A stretch of 64,000 nucleotides of DNA from an uncultured Methanosarcinales archaeon (lineage in GTDB: Archaea > Nanobdellota > Nanobdellia > Woesearchaeales > CAXGTL01): positions 1 to 64,000 of the forward strand of contig CAZHVK010000009.1 of the NCBI GenBank assembly GCA_964535955.1, given 5' to 3'. Each line of letters opens with the position of its first letter. The first letter of the stretch is position 1. The notes under the pieces are model-generated. The model ran no database searches, was not told the origin of the DNA, and saw nothing but the letters and a program-made list of their open reading frames with translations. Made by a program: the position numbers and the translations under genes. Of this stretch, positions 27,908-38,770 are shown in pieces.

Positions 27908-29899
27908 TTAGGTGACTCTGATTTCTATTCCTTTGACTAATTTATCTAAGTAGACACTGTCGCAGCAATTGAATTTGTTAATTTTTTGTATACCACATAA
28001 TCTTTCAAGAGATAAATGTACTAATGTCTCTCTATGATCCTTATGAAGATAATAGTATGCTAATTCAAGATAATGCATCCTCTGTTCGCCTACTTTTTCC
28101 CCTTTCATGTAATCACTAATTTGTTCAATAATTGGTCTGTGTTGTTCTTGATGGCAGTGTCCTGTTTTTTCATATTCCATAAAACATTGAAATATTTCTT
28201 CATGTAATTGATTTGGACCACACCAAGCTTCTGCATAATACTTGCTATCAAAATCTTTAAGAGATGTGATTACACCATCTCTAGAATCCAGGAGAGTTAA
28301 TGAATATCTTGGTGGCTTTTTTTCAAACTTTTTTTTACTTATACTTTTAACACACTCACCATCAACATACTTATTAATACTTTCATTAAAAGCTAACCAC
28401 CTTACAAATTCTTTTGCTCTTCTATTATTTACATTTAAATTAAAGATTATTCTTTTGATGCCTGCTTTTCTAGCTGCTTCATAAATTCCTTTATAAAACG
28501 CATGTTTCCATTGGTCCTGATTTTTGATAAGACTAACCGCGACACCTGTCTCTACACCCTCAATCATCCAAACAGTTTTATCTTCTTCGTTCTTTGCATC
28601 ATTATCTTTACATTTCAAGATATAAGCAACACCTATGTTTTCTTGAAACGCATCATCTAAGTAGGATTGAAGATAAAGTTTTCCAATATTAGGACAAATT
28701 TCACCTAATAAAGCTGCTTCTTTGTATAGACCATTTGGACCTTCAGTACATGATCCTGTTGTAACCTCATTAATCAAAAAATTTTCCAGAGGATTAGAAC
28801 TTTGATATACAACCCTTACCTTATTAAATTCTCTTGTCTCATCATAAATACCTTTTAATTCTAGAAAAAAATGATAAAATTCATCTATGTTTTGCTTTTC
28901 TCTTTTACGATCACAAAAACCAAAAACTTCTCTGAAGAAAAAATCAGGGGAGAGTTCTTCTTGATCCTTGAGTTTATTTTGAATTTCTCGTATTTGATTC
29001 AATATTGATTGATTAATCTTTATTTTTGTTCCATCCATATTTATCTCAGGTATTTTTTCTTTTGTATGACTGTTTGTAGAGGCATTTGAAATCGCTTTGA
29101 GAAAATTTTTAATTTCATGTTTAACATATTGATCCCTGGATTTTCTATCTTTAAATTCATAAAATAATTCTTTTAATTGTATTCCTTCTTCATAAATTAT
29201 GGGTTCTGTAGAAGAAAAAGGGTTCATGAAACTTTCTTTTTGATCAATGATTATTTGTATTAAATTATCTTTGTTCTGTACATTCATTTGTTTTATTAGT
29301 ATGTGTATATTTTTTAATATCCTTCCTTCAAGATCCCACTCAAGAGATAGAAGTTTTATCTTTCTGCCATCAATATTTACTACACTAGAAACATATTGAT
29401 TATCCTCTATAAGATTATAAAAGTGTTCTGAATTAAATGTATGTGAAAGCAAAGTTGTTTGTGCTTTGTTATGAAAATTCTCAGAAAGTTTCCCCATAAT
29501 TTTTGTAAGGATCTCTTGATTATGGCTAAAACGAGTTGCTATTTTGCCAAATTCTTCACCATTATAGAAATTTATCAATTCCTCTTTGGCATCTGCTTCC
29601 CAATATGATAATATGTATGCCATGCCACAAGCTACTTCTTCTTTTTTTTCAAATTTTTTGATGAGTTTTATGAATTGTTCATCTAATAATGATTCGAGTT
29701 TTTTTTTGGCAAGTTCTAATGAATATCTTCTAAAAAGATCATCATGGTGTATGTTTGTAAGGATTGCTTTTTTGATTTTTAGTGAATCATAATCAATTGC
29801 AGAGTCAAGATCAAAATCCAGTCCATTATGATCTAGTGCCTTCTGTATTTCAGTCTTTAATGTGTTTACTTCTTCCTCCAGACTCATCTCATCACTCAC
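27908..29899 (-). CDS. Helical-repeat protein with conserved Cys-containing C-terminal domain; paralog of 29896..32382
   Basis: SSNPLEN.LIN.V.T.SCTEGP.GLYKEAA.L.EICPN, VWMIEGVETG, YAEAW, FNCCDS.YL. Confidence 0.8.
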   Translation of the reverse strand: MSDEMSLEEEVNTLKTEIQKALDHNGLDFDLDSAIDYDSLKIKKAILTNIHHDDLFRRYSLELAKKKLESLLDEQFIKLIKKFEKKEEVACGMAYILSYWEADAKEELINFYNGEEFGKIATRFSHNQEILTKIMGKLSENFHNKAQTTLLSHTFNSEHFYNLIEDNQYVSSVVNIDGRKIKLLSLEWDLEGRILKNIHILIKQMNVQNKDNLIQIIIDQKESFMNPFSSTEPIIYEEGIQLKELFYEFKDRKSRDQYVKHEIKNFLKAISNASTNSHTKEKIPEINMDGTKIKINQSILNQIREIQNKLKDQEELSPDFFFREVFGFCDRKREKQNIDEFYHFFLELKGIYDETREFNKVRVVYQSSNPLENFLINEVTTGSCTEGPNGLYKEAALLGEICPNIGKLYLQSYLDDAFQENIGVAYILKCKDNDAKNEEDKTVWMIEGVETGVAVSLIKNQDQWKHAFYKGIYEAARKAGIKRIIFNLNVNNRRAKEFVRWLAFNESINKYVDGECVKSISKKKFEKKPPRYSLTLLDSRDGVITSLKDFDSKYYAEAWCGPNQLHEEIFQCFMEYEKTGHCHQEQHRPIIEQISDYMKGEKVGEQRMHYLELAYYYLHKDHRETLVHLSLERLCGIQKINKFNCCDSVYLDKLVKGIEIRVT

Positions 29900-32382
29900 T
29901 CAACCCTCACCTCTATACCTTTAACCTTTCTGCCTAAGTATTCAGAGTCGCAGCAGTTGAAAGCATCATCATCCACACCTCTTTTAAACCAAGCCTCTGC
30001 ATATTGTTTTCCACCAAATTTAGCTAATGATTTTATTTCTCCGTTTTCAGAATCCAAAGAACCATCTTCATTACAAAGTGTTAATGAATATCCTGGAAGA
30101 TATTCTTTTTCCTCTAATCTGTTAGGACTTATGTAATCTGTGGGTTGACCTTTTTTATATTTAGTTATCTCTTTGTTTGTACATAACCACCACACAAATT
30201 CTTTTGCTCTTCTACTCTTAACATTAAGATTAAATATTATTCTTTTAATACCTACATCTTCAGCAGCTTGATATATTCCTTTGTAAAAATATTCTTTCCA
30301 TAGATCTTCTTTTATCAACCCAACAGCAACACCTGTTTCAACACCATCAATCATCCACACTTTTTCATCTTTTGTCTTTTTTACACCATTCTCCCAGCAC
30401 TTAAGTATATAAGCAACACCTATATTTTCAGGGTAATCTTCATTATGCATATTGTATTTGGAGTAAGATTGTAGATATATTTTTCCAACATTAGGACAAA
30501 TCTCACTAAGTACTGCAGCTTCTTTATATAATCCTCCTGGTCCCTCAGTGCAAGACATAGTTGAAACATGATTAATAAGAAGATTTTCTAAAGGATTTGA
30601 GCTCTGAGAAACCACTTTTATTTTATAAAAGTTTTCACATTCTTTTTCTGCTTTGATACTGATTAAATAATCATATATTTTTTCGATAGATCTTGCCCGT
30701 TTTTTAGATTCACAAAATTTTATAAGGCCGTTTATTATAACATTTTGTTTTTCTGATATGTACTTATCAGTACCTGCATGTTTTTGTGGATCATAAAATT
30801 TGTTATTTAAAAATCCGTATTCCAATCCAAATAATGAACTATATAAATCCATTAACAATTTCTTGTCAATTTTTATTTCCTCTTGATTTTCAATTTTTAA
30901 TCTACATTTTCTTTTATTTTTGTCTATTTCTTTGGCAATTTCTCCTTTTAACCTATTCATCTTATTCTCAATAACTTGTATTAATGATGGTTCCTCACTC
31001 CCCTCTTCAATACATTTGTCATAATAATCATCAAAATGAATACCTTTTGGTTTTACATTTTCTTTAATAAACTCTTTGTCATTTTCTTTAAACGGTGTCT
31101 GTGTTTGGTCGTTTTTTGTAATAAATTCTATTGCTTTTCTCATATATCTAAATTTACTATCTACGAATTTGATAAGTCCATCAATGCTGTATTTAATTTT
31201 TCTTATACCTTCATCGTGCGATCCATCTGGTGCAACTTCATCAAAATAAGCAGGGTGTTCTTTTAATTTTGTCATTAATTCTTTAAAATTGTTTGATGCA
31301 AATACTTCAATAAGACTTCCTTTTTCGACACTAATCTCAGAGACCATTCTTTCAGGAATGTTATTTATAACCAGAGAATATTCATCAAACGACCCATACA
31401 TTTTTTCAAACCTATCTGACAGAAAAAATTCCATGTTTTCCTCTTTTTTTGATAGATAAAATAACACAATTTCACTTAGATGTTTATATAATTTTTTTCT
31501 TGACTTTAACTTCCTTGTAAAATCTTTAAATTCTTTTGTGTTTATAAACTTTAAGAATAACTCTCTGTTCTCTCTATCGTCTCTGTATTCCTCTGCAGCA
31601 CACAATAAGTAAGTTATTGCGTCTCCTACTTCATCTTCTTTGAAATAATTCATTGATGAATAATATTCTTCTGAAGATAAAAAATCAAGAGGTAAATCTT
31701 GTCTAAAATCCAAACGTGACAACATATCAAACAATCTTTTAGAGCCAGGATTTGTTCTGTTGATCATCTCCTTAAAATCTTTTGATAAAGAAAAATTCAT
31801 AAATTCTCTCTTATACCTGAAAAGGCTCACAAAACCTATTATTGTAAACATTATGTGTTCAGGATATCCCCTGAAATACAATGCGCATTCTTCAAATTCT
31901 TTTGAGCATATCACATCCATTGCTTCATAATTAGTTTTAGATAATGAATTTGTAAATGCTTCTATTGCTTCATTAGGGTTCTTAAGGAGTCTTTTAAATG
32001 TAGTTGTTGTTTCTTTAAACTTTTCACTTAAATACATTTCCAACAACTCTTGTTTCATAATATAACTAATTCCTGATCTAAAATCACTTAATCTAAACAA
32101 TATTGTCTTTAGTATTTTAGTATCTTCTTTTTCAAATCTTTTGATTACTTGATCATATTCTTCAGATAATAAAAAATCCATCTGACTATCAAATATGTGA
32201 AGGTGTTTATGAAAAAACTGTTCATTGATAATTGTGCTTAGGATTATTTCTGTTATCTCCTTTTTCTCTTTATATTTTTCTCTTAATCGATCAAGTTTGG
32301 TAAAATTGTAGTCTGGATCCTTTTCTCTTATTATTCTTTTAATTTCAGTTACCCTTTCCTCCAAACTCACATCATCACTCAC
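29896..32382 (-). CDS. Helical-repeat protein with conserved Cys-containing C-terminal domain
   Basis: Same motifs as paralog; probable GTG start MSDDVSLEE matches MSDEMSLEE of the paralog. Confidence 0.8.
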   Translation of the reverse strand: MSDDVSLEERVTEIKRIIREKDPDYNFTKLDRLREKYKEKKEITEIILSTIINEQFFHKHLHIFDSQMDFLLSEEYDQVIKRFEKEDTKILKTILFRLSDFRSGISYIMKQELLEMYLSEKFKETTTTFKRLLKNPNEAIEAFTNSLSKTNYEAMDVICSKEFEECALYFRGYPEHIMFTIIGFVSLFRYKREFMNFSLSKDFKEMINRTNPGSKRLFDMLSRLDFRQDLPLDFLSSEEYYSSMNYFKEDEVGDAITYLLCAAEEYRDDRENRELFLKFINTKEFKDFTRKLKSRKKLYKHLSEIVLFYLSKKEENMEFFLSDRFEKMYGSFDEYSLVINNIPERMVSEISVEKGSLIEVFASNNFKELMTKLKEHPAYFDEVAPDGSHDEGIRKIKYSIDGLIKFVDSKFRYMRKAIEFITKNDQTQTPFKENDKEFIKENVKPKGIHFDDYYDKCIEEGSEEPSLIQVIENKMNRLKGEIAKEIDKNKRKCRLKIENQEEIKIDKKLLMDLYSSLFGLEYGFLNNKFYDPQKHAGTDKYISEKQNVIINGLIKFCESKKRARSIEKIYDYLISIKAEKECENFYKIKVVSQSSNPLENLLINHVSTMSCTEGPGGLYKEAAVLSEICPNVGKIYLQSYSKYNMHNEDYPENIGVAYILKCWENGVKKTKDEKVWMIDGVETGVAVGLIKEDLWKEYFYKGIYQAAEDVGIKRIIFNLNVKSRRAKEFVWWLCTNKEITKYKKGQPTDYISPNRLEEKEYLPGYSLTLCNEDGSLDSENGEIKSLAKFGGKQYAEAWFKRGVDDDAFNCCDSEYLGRKVKGIEVRVE

Positions 32383-32518
32383 CCCTACCACCCTTCCACA
32401 TCTTGATAATAGCTTCTTCTACAACATGACTCTTGTTTCTAAATGAACTTTTTCTCAGAATTTCACGTATCTTTTCAATAGTTTCTTGATCCAGGGATAC
32501 ACTTACAACATGTTTCAT
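32375..32518 (-). CDS. Ribbon-helix-helix (CopG/MetJ-like) protein (not in ORF track)
   Basis: MKHVVSVSLDQETIEKIREILRKSSFRNKSHVVEEAIIKMWKGGRGE*; beta-strand plus two helices; overlaps next gene. Confidence 0.75.
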   Translation of the reverse strand: MKHVVSVSLDQETIEKIREILRKSSFRNKSHVVEEAIIKMWKGGRGE

Positions 32519-32655
32519 ATATTAGGCTCCCTAACACCTCTTATTCTTATTAAGAATTATTAATCCTTTATAAATTTTTCCTTTTTTACTATGTGGCAGT
32601 GACATATAAAACTTACAGAATAAATAAAAAACAATTTAAAAGAAATCTATTAATC

Positions 32656-33432
32656 TCAATGACACACAGGTCCATTCATTAATTGCATAAAATAATTCTG
32701 AGCTCCAGTTATATTATCTGGATCAAGTTTTGCAGCATTTTCATAATGTTCAGCAGCTGTGTCCCATTTTTCTTGTAATTGACTAATAATTCCAAGATTT
32801 AGATAAACAAGTGGATTATCTGGATAAATTTGTAAAGATGTTGTAAATAATTGTTCAGCATACTCATAGTTACATACTCTTTGTTGTTCACATCCTCTTG
32901 AAATATAAGTTGCTGCAATTAATTCAGAAAGTGGTGCTATAGATATACAATCTGCATCTGAATGCTTTTCAACATGATCAATATGGACTAATTTTCCTTT
33001 TTTCATTACACCATTAATAAAATGTCCCCAATTTTTCAATATCTTAAGATTAATCTTTTGTTTATACCCAATTATTGAATACAAAGATGTTTGAGATATG
33101 CAATTTCCATATTCTAGTGGACCCTTATTTAGACAGATATCTATTAAACTTGGTAATAATAATCTAGGATTATCATCTTCTAATTTTTTGCCAGACCATA
33201 AGAATTGTGATAATGCTTTTGTTTTATCATCAAAACTTCTTCCAATATGTTTTTCTTTCAAATATTGTTTAAAGTTTGCTGTAAGTTGGTCTAATTTTTC
33301 CATATATTTGTCTATTTCTGATTCAGAACTTAATCCAGAAGCAATAAGTAAACCTTTTGATAATGAGTATTTCTGATCATTATTTTTAATTTGAGAAATC
33401 AATTCTTTTTCAAGATTATTCATTGTTTTCAT
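32656..33432 (-). CDS. Transglutaminase-like (SirB1-type) domain plus TPR protein
   Basis: GNC...SLY, GHF, HID candidate triad; C-terminal TPRs. Confidence 0.6.
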   Translation of the reverse strand: MKTMNNLEKELISQIKNNDQKYSLSKGLLIASGLSSESEIDKYMEKLDQLTANFKQYLKEKHIGRSFDDKTKALSQFLWSGKKLEDDNPRLLLPSLIDICLNKGPLEYGNCISQTSLYSIIGYKQKINLKILKNWGHFINGVMKKGKLVHIDHVEKHSDADCISIAPLSELIAATYISRGCEQQRVCNYEYAEQLFTTSLQIYPDNPLVYLNLGIISQLQEKWDTAAEHYENAAKLDPDNITGAQNYFMQLMNGPVCH

Positions 33433-33439
33433 ATTAACA

Positions 33440-34213
33440 TCACCTATGATTAACATCAAACATCTTACTCAAAGCATTGCCCATCATAGATGATTCAAAC
33501 CAAACACCTGCATCATATGAAGGCGCTATCAAAGAATCATCAACCATCATAAACATTATGTGCCTATTATCAACAAGCATAAAACGAGAATTAAGTTTTG
33601 TATTAATAATCTTAAACCCTGTCTTGTCTAGATATGATTTATTGCTTTTTGTAACAGGAGCTGCTACTTTAACTTTAACTCCTCTTTTATTAGCTCTTTT
33701 AAGATTATTTCTCAAAGAATCTAATTTTCTTTTCACACCTTTTTCAGTTGAAACCAATACAACAGATTTCTTAGCACCATCTACTAATTGTTTCATTTTT
33801 AGGTAAGATGCATCACGAGTTCTAAAACTTTTGCTTATCAATGTATGATCCACCATTTCTATTCCTTGGTGAAGCATATTCAGTTCACTAAAAACTTCTG
33901 TATCTTTTATTGATTCCAACATTCTAACTCTTTCATCTGAATCAATTTTAACCTTTTTCTTAACACGAGAAATAACTTCATTAGGCGCAACAGCAATATA
34001 TTTTATTGGTTTGCCTAATTTCATCACAACAAATCCTTTTTTTTCTAATGATTCAAGAACATCATAAGCTCTTGACCTGGGAACATTAGCTATATCACTA
34101 AGCTCTCCAGCACTTGAAATCCCCCTAGATAACAAAGCTGTCCAAATTTTAGCTTCGTATGAATTTAACCCCAAATCTTGAATTTTATCAAGTAATTCTT
34201 TCTGAACAATCAT
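33440..34213 (-). CDS. TrmB family transcriptional regulator
   Basis: LGLNSYEAK.W.ALL, VPRSRAYDVLESLEKKGF. Confidence 0.92.
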   Translation of the reverse strand: MIVQKELLDKIQDLGLNSYEAKIWTALLSRGISSAGELSDIANVPRSRAYDVLESLEKKGFVVMKLGKPIKYIAVAPNEVISRVKKKVKIDSDERVRMLESIKDTEVFSELNMLHQGIEMVDHTLISKSFRTRDASYLKMKQLVDGAKKSVVLVSTEKGVKRKLDSLRNNLKRANKRGVKVKVAAPVTKSNKSYLDKTGFKIINTKLNSRFMLVDNRHIMFMMVDDSLIAPSYDAGVWFESSMMGNALSKMFDVNHR

Positions 34214-34324
34214 GTTACTGTATGGTAAGTACTTTCTCTTTATAAATGTTTTGGTAATAAACTACTCAAAAGTAGCTACATTCAAAGGATATTTACATGA
34301 ATTATATAAGAATATTTCAAAAAA

Positions 34325-34503
34325 ATGTCCATCCAAAAATCCTACTACGTTTCACCTCACTCCGCTCAGTGAAACTTCGTCTGGCCATGCCATCAATTTC
34401 TTCGAAATTAATGACATTGATGTGTCAGAAATGTATATCATTTCTGAGCATGCTCAGAAACCTATGGTTTCTGACATCACAGACGGATATTTTGGATAGG
34501 CTT
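34325..34503 (-). mobile_element. MITE-like family A copy 3 (inverted, eroded ends), carrying the module
   Basis: Reverse complement aligns with copy 1; module at 34423..34476. Confidence 0.75.
34423..34476. repeat. 54-bp double-hairpin module
   Basis: TCAGAAATG-TATAT-CATTTCTGA, GCATGC, TCAGAAACC-TAT-GGTTTCTGA. Confidence 0.9.
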
Positions 34504-34541
34504 ACAAAAGATTTAAATATATATAGATATAAAAACATCAT

Positions 34542-35999
34542 ATGCCTAAAAAAAAGAGGACAACAATACCTATAATCGGAAGTCTTTTCTTATTCTTGAT
34601 CATCATCTTAAATATATTTGAATTATTTCACTTTTTATCACTTGACATGATCTTTATCTCAAAATTAATATCAATTATTTTATTTTGTTTTCTCTTTTAT
34701 AGGATAAGCTTATCTTACATTCTTTTTGGCAATAAATTCAAAGCAATAGATTTTTTTATTCTCATAGGTTATTTATTTTTCTCAATAAAAAGCATATTAG
34801 GAATCATAACCTCTTACTTATTAAAGATCAGTGCTGGTGATTTTTTTTATGAAATCTTTTTATTTATCTTTAGAAACCAGTTTGTTATAGAATACTATGG
34901 CTTTGTTCTTGGTGCAATAATCATTACCTTATCTTCTGCATATTTTTGTTTTGTTAAGATTGGCAAGAACAGTCTGATGTATCTTATTCATGAATCAAAA
35001 AGATTAAGAGGCAAAGATATTTTTATTAGATTTTTTGTATCTTTGATTGTTCTGCTTTCATTCTATATCATTGTTTTCAATCTTGCACTTGAATGGCTGG
35101 TGTTAATAATCCATGGACCATTATTAGTTATTTTGTTTCTATTATATTTAATAATAGCATTAAACAAACACCATCTCAAACCTAAGAAATTTCTACACAA
35201 AGTTATTCATTCAGCAGAAATGATTTATGAAAGATTAATAAGAATGTTTCACACAAAAAAAGTTTTGCTAGCTGTTACATTTTTCCTTGTCCTTCATCTG
35301 TTGACTGATTTTTTTGTATTTGTAATTCCTTATTTAACAGGATATTTCTCACCTAATTATTTTGCACTTGTCTATTCAACACCTCGGTCATCAATAATTA
35401 CTTTATTTTTAAATGATATTGCCATGTACAATTTCGGCAGAGTTGTATTTGTTTATTTGTTTAATTTAATAGCAATAAGTGTTATCTTATTAACACCTTT
35501 TTACCTTTGGCTTAGGTTGATTGAGAATAAAAAATTCCTATTTCCCAGGTGGTGTCTTGCATTATCATTCTCATCATTATTTGCTTACATAACTATGCCT
35601 TTGTTCAGCATAAATCAGATAGTCAGTTCTTACTCAGGTGTTGATCTCTTAACAAGAGGAATCACAAAGCCTCATTTACTAAACATAATCATGATCATCA
35701 GCTTATCTATCTTAGCAATAGTCTATTTGTGTACTAGGTGGAAACATATGCATGTGGTTGCAAACTTTGGTTTTATACTTTTTGTCATGGTTTTTGCTTT
35801 TATTTATTTATTTAATTATTTTATCAGTATTGCATCTTATTACATCCTCTCAATACAAAACTTTGAAGACCTGTTCATAAGAACTGTCATGTTTTTATTT
35901 TTCATCATAAGCATCTTGTTTTATGTTGCAGGTTACACAATCTTTTTCAAGTTTGCATTAGTTGATCATATGTTTAAACATAAAAAAAAGAAAAAGTAA
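34542..35999 (+). CDS. Polytopic membrane protein
   Basis: About 12 hydrophobic segments. Confidence 0.75.
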   Translation: MPKKKRTTIPIIGSLFLFLIIILNIFELFHFLSLDMIFISKLISIILFCFLFYRISLSYILFGNKFKAIDFFILIGYLFFSIKSILGIITSYLLKISAGDFFYEIFLFIFRNQFVIEYYGFVLGAIIITLSSAYFCFVKIGKNSLMYLIHESKRLRGKDIFIRFFVSLIVLLSFYIIVFNLALEWLVLIIHGPLLVILFLLYLIIALNKHHLKPKKFLHKVIHSAEMIYERLIRMFHTKKVLLAVTFFLVLHLLTDFFVFVIPYLTGYFSPNYFALVYSTPRSSIITLFLNDIAMYNFGRVVFVYLFNLIAISVILLTPFYLWLRLIENKKFLFPRWCLALSFSSLFAYITMPLFSINQIVSSYSGVDLLTRGITKPHLLNIIMIISLSILAIVYLCTRWKHMHVVANFGFILFVMVFAFIYLFNYFISIASYYILSIQNFEDLFIRTVMFLFFIISILFYVAGYTIFFKFALVDHMFKHKKKKK

Positions 36000-36026
36000 A
36001 TTAATTATGTATATAATAAAGAAAAA

Positions 36027-36515
36027 ATGATAAAAATCAAAATCCCAGGCGTTTTGTTGTTTATTATAGTTATCTCTCTAGGATTCTTGGTCGGCTTTGT
36101 TTTTTCTAATAAAGAAATCCTATTGTCAGACACAATTGACATTCTTGAAAAACCTTCGCCTTACAATCATATCCCTGAAGGTGATATCATTGTTTCAAAA
36201 GACCAAGTCATTATAAAAGTCAATAATCCTAGATGGGCTTCATTCACAGATACAAATTCAATGGACCCAATATTTGACATAGGTGCCAACACAATCCAGA
36301 TAATACCAACAACAGTTGAAGATGTTCATGTTGGTGATATCATATCCTATACTTCACATTTTGCAGATAGTACAATAATTCACAGAGTAGTTGACATTGG
36401 TAATGATGATCAAGGATGGTATGTTGAGATGAAAGGCGATAACAATCTTTTGAAAGATCCTGGCAGGATAAGGTTTTACCAGATAAAAAGTGTAACAGTG
36501 GCGATAGTTTATTAG
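36027..36515 (+). CDS. Signal peptidase I (S26, archaeal type)
   Basis: TNSMDP (Ser), VGDII, IIHRV (His), KGDNN..KD. Confidence 0.88.
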   Translation: MIKIKIPGVLLFIIVISLGFLVGFVFSNKEILLSDTIDILEKPSPYNHIPEGDIIVSKDQVIIKVNNPRWASFTDTNSMDPIFDIGANTIQIIPTTVEDVHVGDIISYTSHFADSTIIHRVVDIGNDDQGWYVEMKGDNNLLKDPGRIRFYQIKSVTVAIVY

Positions 36516-36518
36516 GTA

Positions 36519-36785
36519 TTGGACAAAATGAAAACAACAAAACTAAGATTATGGAAACTTTTCTTTTTACTATTTCTATTTATCATTGGCATTATGATTG
36601 GCATTAATATGAACAAAACAAAGATGGATTTAATACAAAATGATAAAGATAATAATCTAGTCCTAGACAATATGCAGGAATGTTGTAGTTTTATCGGCAC
36701 TGATAGCAATCTTAAGATCTGCAGAGCAATCTCTGATAATGGTTGTGATGAGTGTGAGAGTTTTTGTGAAGCTCGGTCTAAATAA
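36519..36785 (+). CDS. Small membrane-anchored Cys-rich protein
   Basis: N-terminal TM, six Cys. Confidence 0.55.
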   Translation: MDKMKTTKLRLWKLFFLLFLFIIGIMIGINMNKTKMDLIQNDKDNNLVLDNMQECCSFIGTDSNLKICRAISDNGCDECESFCEARSK

Positions 36786-37605
36786 CCCCAACAACCAATC
36801 TAGTAAACCATATCTGCAACAATCCAGCAATAATTATAACAACCAAAGAACACAATAACAATACAAATGCATCTTTTACAACATTATTAAATTTCTTAGA
36901 ATGAAACTTTTCATGTATAAGTGCTTTTGACATTACTCCTCCAGATATTGCAGCTAATAAGAATGATAATGTTACAGGTATAAACCAGAATAAGAGATAA
37001 ACAATAAACACAGCAGAATACGAACCAAAATCCTGGAACAATTTCATTGATTCTATAAGAAAAGTGGCAAATATGCTTGCATTTAATGTTATCAAGAACA
37101 TTCCTCCAGAGCCATAGAACAATGACAGCATAAAACAGATCAGGATCAATAACAGATTTTGAATTATTAGTTTGATTGTTACAGATGCAAAATTTATATC
37201 TTTGCTTAACATAGATGCTGTTAATATTTCAGAATCTTCTATAAAAGATATCTGATATTCATGAGTTATCATTATTTGTCTTGGAAAAAACACCATTGCT
37301 AATGAAATAATTGCATATGCAAGAAACACACCAATAAACACAAAAAAGAATACCTTGAATATAGACTTATGATTTTTATAGAATTTTTTCATGCCGAGTT
37401 TTGATTCTTTTTTTTCTTCTCTTTTTATTTCCCTTCTTAAGATAGGTAAAAGTAAAATTGTGGTGATGAGTACGTGTGTGATTGATGAATGTTTTGAAAA
37501 TATGAGCACAGAAGAAACAAACCCCACCAAAGTAAGAAAAAAGCATAACAATACTATATTCACAGGATTGTTTCTAGTTTTAAGAGTCAATATCTCTTCT
37601 AACAT
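36778..37605 (-). CDS. SpoIIM-like membrane protein
   Basis: Multi-TM; N...LSL.YG.G....L.LNAS pattern. Confidence 0.6.
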   Translation of the reverse strand: MLEEILTLKTRNNPVNIVLLCFFLTLVGFVSSVLIFSKHSSITHVLITTILLLPILRREIKREEKKESKLGMKKFYKNHKSIFKVFFFVFIGVFLAYAIISLAMVFFPRQIMITHEYQISFIEDSEILTASMLSKDINFASVTIKLIIQNLLLILICFMLSLFYGSGGMFLITLNASIFATFLIESMKLFQDFGSYSAVFIVYLLFWFIPVTLSFLLAAISGGVMSKALIHEKFHSKKFNNVVKDAFVLLLCSLVVIIIAGLLQIWFTRLVVGVI

Positions 37606-37612
37606 TTATTTT

Positions 37613-38770
37613 TCACCACTTTTTTCGAATAATATAAATTATAACAACTACAATGATTGCTAAGACAATGATCGTAGATGTTGTATTGCTTGATTCTTGA
37701 GTATCATCTATGATTCCATCATCAACAATTGGTTCATCTTTTTTGTCATCCCCATCACCAATCATATCATCATCAAGACTACCATCACTAACAACTAAAT
37801 CATCATCAATCTTTCCATTATTATCATCAAAATCTTCTTCATCTTCTAAGTCTTCTTGTTTCAATCTTATTGTTTCTATCACAATTGTTTTAGGATCTTT
37901 AACAATCCCTGACGGCAGATCATATGAAAGTTCTATTGTTTTCACATTTGTAAACTCCCACATCATAAGAGGGTCTTTTTCTAATATAATTGCATCTGTT
38001 GTAATAAGATCAGTTGATTGAAGTGTTTCTTTAGGAATAGATTCATAAACCTCTAAGTTTAGTTCTTCATCAGAATTAATCTTAATTGTAACAGTATTTT
38101 CAAGAATTGTTTTTTCTATATCAACTTTTGTCATAGTTTTTTTATAACTATCAATTAATATACCTTTGCTAATCTTTGTTGCATTTGCTATTTTATCTAG
38201 TATCTTTCCTAATGCATTTCCTGTCACAAAATTGTTCACTTTTTGTGCTTTTGGACAGCTAGGTCCAAGAACTGCTCCCATATAATCATTTTGTTGTTGA
38301 TTAACACAAAACTTATTTTCAGATGTTTCATCATAGTTTACAGGAGAATTAATATCATTATTATATATTTGATTATCATTTGAATTTACTATGTAGAATG
38401 AATATTTTTTAGAATCAAGTATTTTGTTATCAGTTATATAATTTTTGTCTGCGTTTATTAAGTAGAATGCTGATTCAAAATTAAGTATATTACAATTTTT
38501 TATAATAATACCTTGTGTATTGTTTAATAAAAATCCTATGTTTTCTTTATTGCCAATTAATGTTGCTCCATTACAATCAAACTTAATCCCTGTTTTAAGT
38601 TCTATTGTATAATCAATATTAAACTCTTGTTTACAAAGTAACATGTCTCTGCCTACAAATGGATTAATCTCTGTAGAACATTCTTCAGCAATAACTATGC
38701 TTGTTAATAATATTAATACAAGAACCCAAAGCATGACTTTTTTCATATATCTTATCACCTGATTATACAT
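37613..38770 (-). CDS. Secreted beta-helix (NosD/CASH-like) surface protein with C-terminal anchor
   Basis: Signal peptide, FDCNGATL, parallel beta-helix repeats, Asp-rich linker, TM plus basic tail. Confidence 0.75.
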   Translation of the reverse strand: MYNQVIRYMKKVMLWVLVLILLTSIVIAEECSTEINPFVGRDMLLCKQEFNIDYTIELKTGIKFDCNGATLIGNKENIGFLLNNTQGIIIKNCNILNFESAFYLINADKNYITDNKILDSKKYSFYIVNSNDNQIYNNDINSPVNYDETSENKFCVNQQQNDYMGAVLGPSCPKAQKVNNFVTGNALGKILDKIANATKISKGILIDSYKKTMTKVDIEKTILENTVTIKINSDEELNLEVYESIPKETLQSTDLITTDAIILEKDPLMMWEFTNVKTIELSYDLPSGIVKDPKTIVIETIRLKQEDLEDEEDFDDNNGKIDDDLVVSDGSLDDDMIGDGDDKKDEPIVDDGIIDDTQESSNTTSTIIVLAIIVVVIIYIIRKKW

